Shown one piece after another: positions 2,795 through 5,340 of a stretch of 5,340 bases of DNA. A model generated the notes under the pieces. The model made no database searches. It was not told the DNA's origin and saw nothing but the letters and a program-made list of their open reading frames with translations. The translations under genes were made by a program, and so were the position numbers. Positions within the stretch are counted from its first letter, which is position 1. Each line of letters begins with the position of its first letter. The stretch is from an uncultured archaeon. Its GTDB lineage: Archaea > Iainarchaeota > Iainarchaeia > Iainarchaeales > CSSED10-239. The DNA lies in contig CAYXWT010000048.1 in assembly GCA_964468895.1 (NCBI GenBank), forward strand, positions 1 to 5,340. The letters are read 5' to 3'.

Positions 2795-5340
2795 ATGTTG
2801 ATTTTGAATAAAAGATTTTTTTTAGTGTTTATTATAATAATTATTGCTGTTGTTGTTGGAATTTTATTTTTGTTTAAAGGTTCTAGTAATGCTTTATCTA
2901 TTGGACAATATGAGTTTACAAATAGAAGTTTTGAAGAAGTAAAACTTATAGATGTAGATCAAGAAGTTGTTTATAATGAAGAAATTTATAATAATCCTGA
3001 ATATAATCTTCCTTTACAAGAAATACCTATAAATTATGATAGAGATATTAAAGGTAAATTTGAATTAGATTTAAGTGAAGAACAACAACAAGATCTTTTT
3101 AATAATGGTGTTATAATTGTAGAAGGAACAAATGATACTACTAAATTTGAAAAGGCATATAAGTTTTTAAATTCAAAAATTACATATAAAGGAGAATCTG
3201 GAAATACTGAATTTGATGAAACATATAGTGGTATTCCTATTATTGTTACTACTGATTCTGTTTTACATTTGTTTCATATAGAATTTAATGAAATTCTTAA
3301 AAATCTAGAAATAACTAAATTATATGATTTATTAGATGTATTTCTTTCTAAAAGTATAGATGAAAGTTATGTGCAATATAATAGTTTAGAAGACACTCAA
3401 CTTAAAGAACTTTCTAAAAGAAATGTTGCTTATTTAAGTGTTGCAATGAAATTATTAGATCCATCTTATAATGTGAAAAGTATAGTTAAAGAGGATGTAA
3501 AACAAGAAGTTAGTAGAATAGAAGAACATAAAGGTTTCTTTAAAAATGAACTATTAAGTAAAGATTGTCCTAGTGTTTGTAGTGATAGGTTATATCCAGA
3601 AGATATGGATTATGCTTGTAATCAACAAGTAAAAGGAGAAATAATATATGAAGATGTAAAATGGGAATTTGTAGATCTTTATAATCAAGTTTGTTCTAAA
3701 AAATGTTATTGTGAAGATTATTCACAATATGTTCCAAGAGGACATTATACTAGTTCTGAACTTTTAAAAAATTATTTTAAAAGTATGATGTGGCTTGGAA
3801 GAATAACTTTTAAAACAAATGGTGAAAACTGGACTAAACAAGCATTATTACTTTCTGAAGCAGTAAAATCAGCTAATGTTGATGATGAATGGAATAAAAT
3901 ATATAGTACAACTTCTTTTTTTGCAGGTGTTAGTGAAGATTTAAGTTTTTATGATTATGATATGGCACTAAATAATATTATAGTAGATTCTAATGTAAGT
4001 AAAGAGATTATAATAGCTGATGAAGAATTGTTTAGTAATATACAAACCCAATTAAAAGAAATGAAAGGTCCTAAAATACTTAATAATTTTGAGTTTGATC
4101 TAAGTGGTTCTTTAAAAGAAACAACTCAAGGTATGAGATTAATAGGTCAAAGATATGCAATAGATTCACAAATATTAGGTGATATGGTTTATAGAAATGT
4201 AGGTCCTAATCCTAGTTCTGAAGATTATGAGGCTATATTAGATTTTGGTAAAAATTCAAGAATTTTAACTAAAGATGTTGATTTTTATAAATCTTGTGAA
4301 AATATGGATGAAAATAAACAAAAATATTGGAATGAAGTTTGTGATTCTACTATCTGGTATTATTGTGATGGTGATTGTAGTGGTTTAGAATATAATGATC
4401 CTATTCTAAAAAAAGTATATAATACTTGTAGATTTATGCCTAGTGGTGTTGATGTTATGTCTGCTTTAGGTTCTAATAAAGCAGATGAAATTATAGATGA
4501 TACAAATTTATCTAGTTTTTGTAATTATTCTTCAAAATTACAAGATTCTAAAGATCTTGTAAATTCTTTTACTACTGAAAATTGGACTAAAAATTTATAT
4601 AATTCTTGGTTATGGTTGTTAGAACCAGTAATAGAAGATAAACCTGAAGGTTATCCTAACTGGATGAGATCTGAAGTTTGGAAAACAAAAGATTTGATTA
4701 CTGCTTTAGGCTCTTGGGCACAATTAAGACATGACACTATTCTTTATGTGAAACAAAGTTATACTTCTGCAGTAATGGATACGAAAAGTGCGGGACCTAT
4801 GTCTTCGAAGTATTATGGATATGTTGAACCAAATCCTGAACTTTATTTTAGAGCTTCTAAAACTATGCAATTACTTAGAGATGGTTTAGATGAAAAAGAA
4901 CTATTAAATTCTGATCTTAATGAATCTATTAATGATAGTATAATAATGATGAATAGATTTGAAGAAATATCTAAAAAAGAATTAAAAAATCAAGATTTAA
5001 GTGAAGAGGATTATGATTATATAGAAAATATTTCTGATAAATTTAATTCTATTTTAAAAAAATTAGCATCGGCTTTAACTATAACTGAAGGTAAAGCTGG
5101 TTTTAATAAACAATCTAAAAATAAAATGGAGTCTGAAGATGATCCGTTTAATACTCAAATAATAGCTGATGTACATACTGAAGCTAATTCTCAAAAAGTA
5201 TTAGAGGTAGGAACAGGTGAGATAGATTGGATAATTGTTGCTCATAAATCTAAAGATGGTTCAATTGGTTTAGCTGTTGGTCCAATATTTAGTTATTATG
5301 AGTTTCCTTGGGATATGGATGATAGATTAACTGATGAAAA
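2795..5340 (+). CDS. DUF3160 (Pfam PF11369)-family protein with N-terminal signal/anchor segment; partial, 3' end lies beyond the window
   Basis: Absent from the ORF track (no stop in window). Hand translation in the frame of ATG 2795 gives 848 sense codons through nt 5338; in-frame TAA 2786-2788 bounds the 5' end. Motifs I associate with DUF3160: IPIIVTTDSVLHLFH (3233-3277), EDYSQYVPRGHYT (3713-3751), MMWLGR (3785-3802), LGSWAQLRHDTILYVKQSY (4706-4762), GYVEPNPELY (4817-4846), IADVHTE (5162-5182), VGPIFSYYEF (5276-5305), RLTDE (5324-5338). Family assignment is from memory of the motifs, not a search. Start is ambiguous: ATG 2795 directly abuts GGAG, whereas TTG 2804 lies 9 nt after GGAG and would give MNKRFFLVF... 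Confidence 0.9.
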   Translation, partial: MLILNKRFFLVFIIIIIAVVVGILFLFKGSSNALSIGQYEFTNRSFEEVKLIDVDQEVVYNEEIYNNPEYNLPLQEIPINYDRDIKGKFELDLSEEQQQDLFNNGVIIVEGTNDTTKFEKAYKFLNSKITYKGESGNTEFDETYSGIPIIVTTDSVLHLFHIEFNEILKNLEITKLYDLLDVFLSKSIDESYVQYNSLEDTQLKELSKRNVAYLSVAMKLLDPSYNVKSIVKEDVKQEVSRIEEHKGFFKNELLSKDCPSVCSDRLYPEDMDYACNQQVKGEIIYEDVKWEFVDLYNQVCSKKCYCEDYSQYVPRGHYTSSELLKNYFKSMMWLGRITFKTNGENWTKQALLLSEAVKSANVDDEWNKIYSTTSFFAGVSEDLSFYDYDMALNNIIVDSNVSKEIIIADEELFSNIQTQLKEMKGPKILNNFEFDLSGSLKETTQGMRLIGQRYAIDSQILGDMVYRNVGPNPSSEDYEAILDFGKNSRILTKDVDFYKSCENMDENKQKYWNEVCDSTIWYYCDGDCSGLEYNDPILKKVYNTCRFMPSGVDVMSALGSNKADEIIDDTNLSSFCNYSSKLQDSKDLVNSFTTENWTKNLYNSWLWLLEPVIEDKPEGYPNWMRSEVWKTKDLITALGSWAQLRHDTILYVKQSYTSAVMDTKSAGPMSSKYYGYVEPNPELYFRASKTMQLLRDGLDEKELLNSDLNESINDSIIMMNRFEEISKKELKNQDLSEEDYDYIENISDKFNSILKKLASALTITEGKAGFNKQSKNKMESEDDPFNTQIIADVHTEANSQKVLEVGTGEIDWIIVAHKSKDGSIGLAVGPIFSYYEFPWDMDDRLTDE
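2816..2875 (+). other. N-terminal hydrophobic segment of gene 2 (signal peptide core or uncleaved signal-anchor)
   Basis: After basic NKR comes FFLVFIIIIIAVVVGILFLF (20 hydrophobic residues), then KGSSNA/LS. The length fits a membrane anchor better than a cleaved signal peptide, although SNA is a possible signal-peptidase site. No Cys, so not a lipobox. Confidence 0.75.

Noticed and set aside
2699-2797. Genes 1 and 2 are in the same reading frame (both start at positions congruent to 2 mod 3), which raises the idea of a single read-through or fused giant protein.
   Set aside because: Four in-frame stops separate them (TAG 2699, TAA 2732, TAA 2762, TAA 2786). Gene 1 ends with a complete TM-plus-basic-tail and gene 2 begins with its own export signal.
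2816-2823. Homopolymer tracts as possible phase-variation switches: T8 at 2816-2823 (5' end of gene 2), T7 at 493-499, 2623-2629 and 3916-3922, A7 at 1969-1975.
   Set aside because: Tracts of 7-8 A/T are expected frequently in DNA this AT-rich and are shorter than typical contingency-locus tracts. There is no read-level data to show length variation.
1-5340. Alternative genetic code (TGA as Trp or Gly, as in Mollicutes or Gracilibacteria/Absconditabacteria), suspected because of the extreme AT content and because the track shows only one ORF.
   Set aside because: Both ORFs are open under the standard code with no in-frame TGA. All 16 Trp positions use TGG, including conserved-block positions (MMWLGR, LGSW). 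The missing second ORF is explained by the window edge, not by recoding.
1-5340. Eukaryotic origin (Plasmodium- or Dictyostelium-like), suggested by the Asn runs and the type-I membrane protein architecture.
   Set aside because: The genes are long, uninterrupted and tightly spaced (93-nt gap), with an SD-like GGAG. The second protein belongs to a predominantly prokaryotic family. No intron-like interruptions were seen.
1-5340. Search for tRNA/rRNA/ncRNA genes, CRISPR repeats, terminal inverted repeats or transposase/integrase fragments.
   Set aside because: There are no GC-rich stem-forming segments, no regularly spaced direct repeats, and no additional long ORFs on either strand. About 97% of the window is accounted for by the two CDSs.

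Overview
Very AT-rich window (three sampled 60-nt lines give 10/60, 12/60 and 22/60 G+C) with compact, prokaryote-style organisation. It holds two same-strand genes, both predicted to be exported. Gene 1 (77..2701, +) is the 874-aa ORF from the track. It is an Asn/Asp/Ile/Tyr-rich orphan with a cleavable-looking signal peptide, a large ectodomain split by a Gly5-Asn4-PSGGSP hinge, and a C-terminal TM helix plus KIKKK tail. I recognise no family for it. Gene 2 (2795 or 2804..>5340, +) is not in the supplied ORF track because it has no stop codon inside the window. Hand translation gives 848 consecutive sense codons carrying the motif set I associate with DUF3160 (Pfam PF11369), a family of unknown function. 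Here it has an N-terminal hydrophobic anchor and two six-Cys clusters. The two genes may form an uncharacterised cell-envelope module, but that rests only on adjacency and predicted topology. The genetic code looks standard (16 TGG Trp codons, no in-frame TGA). I found no rRNA/tRNA, CRISPR array, transposase or mobile-element ends. Regulatory calls are weak because TATA/-10-like strings occur by chance throughout DNA this AT-rich. The host cannot be assigned: a low-GC archaeon (DPANN-like or methanogen-like) and a low-GC uncultured bacterium are both compatible.
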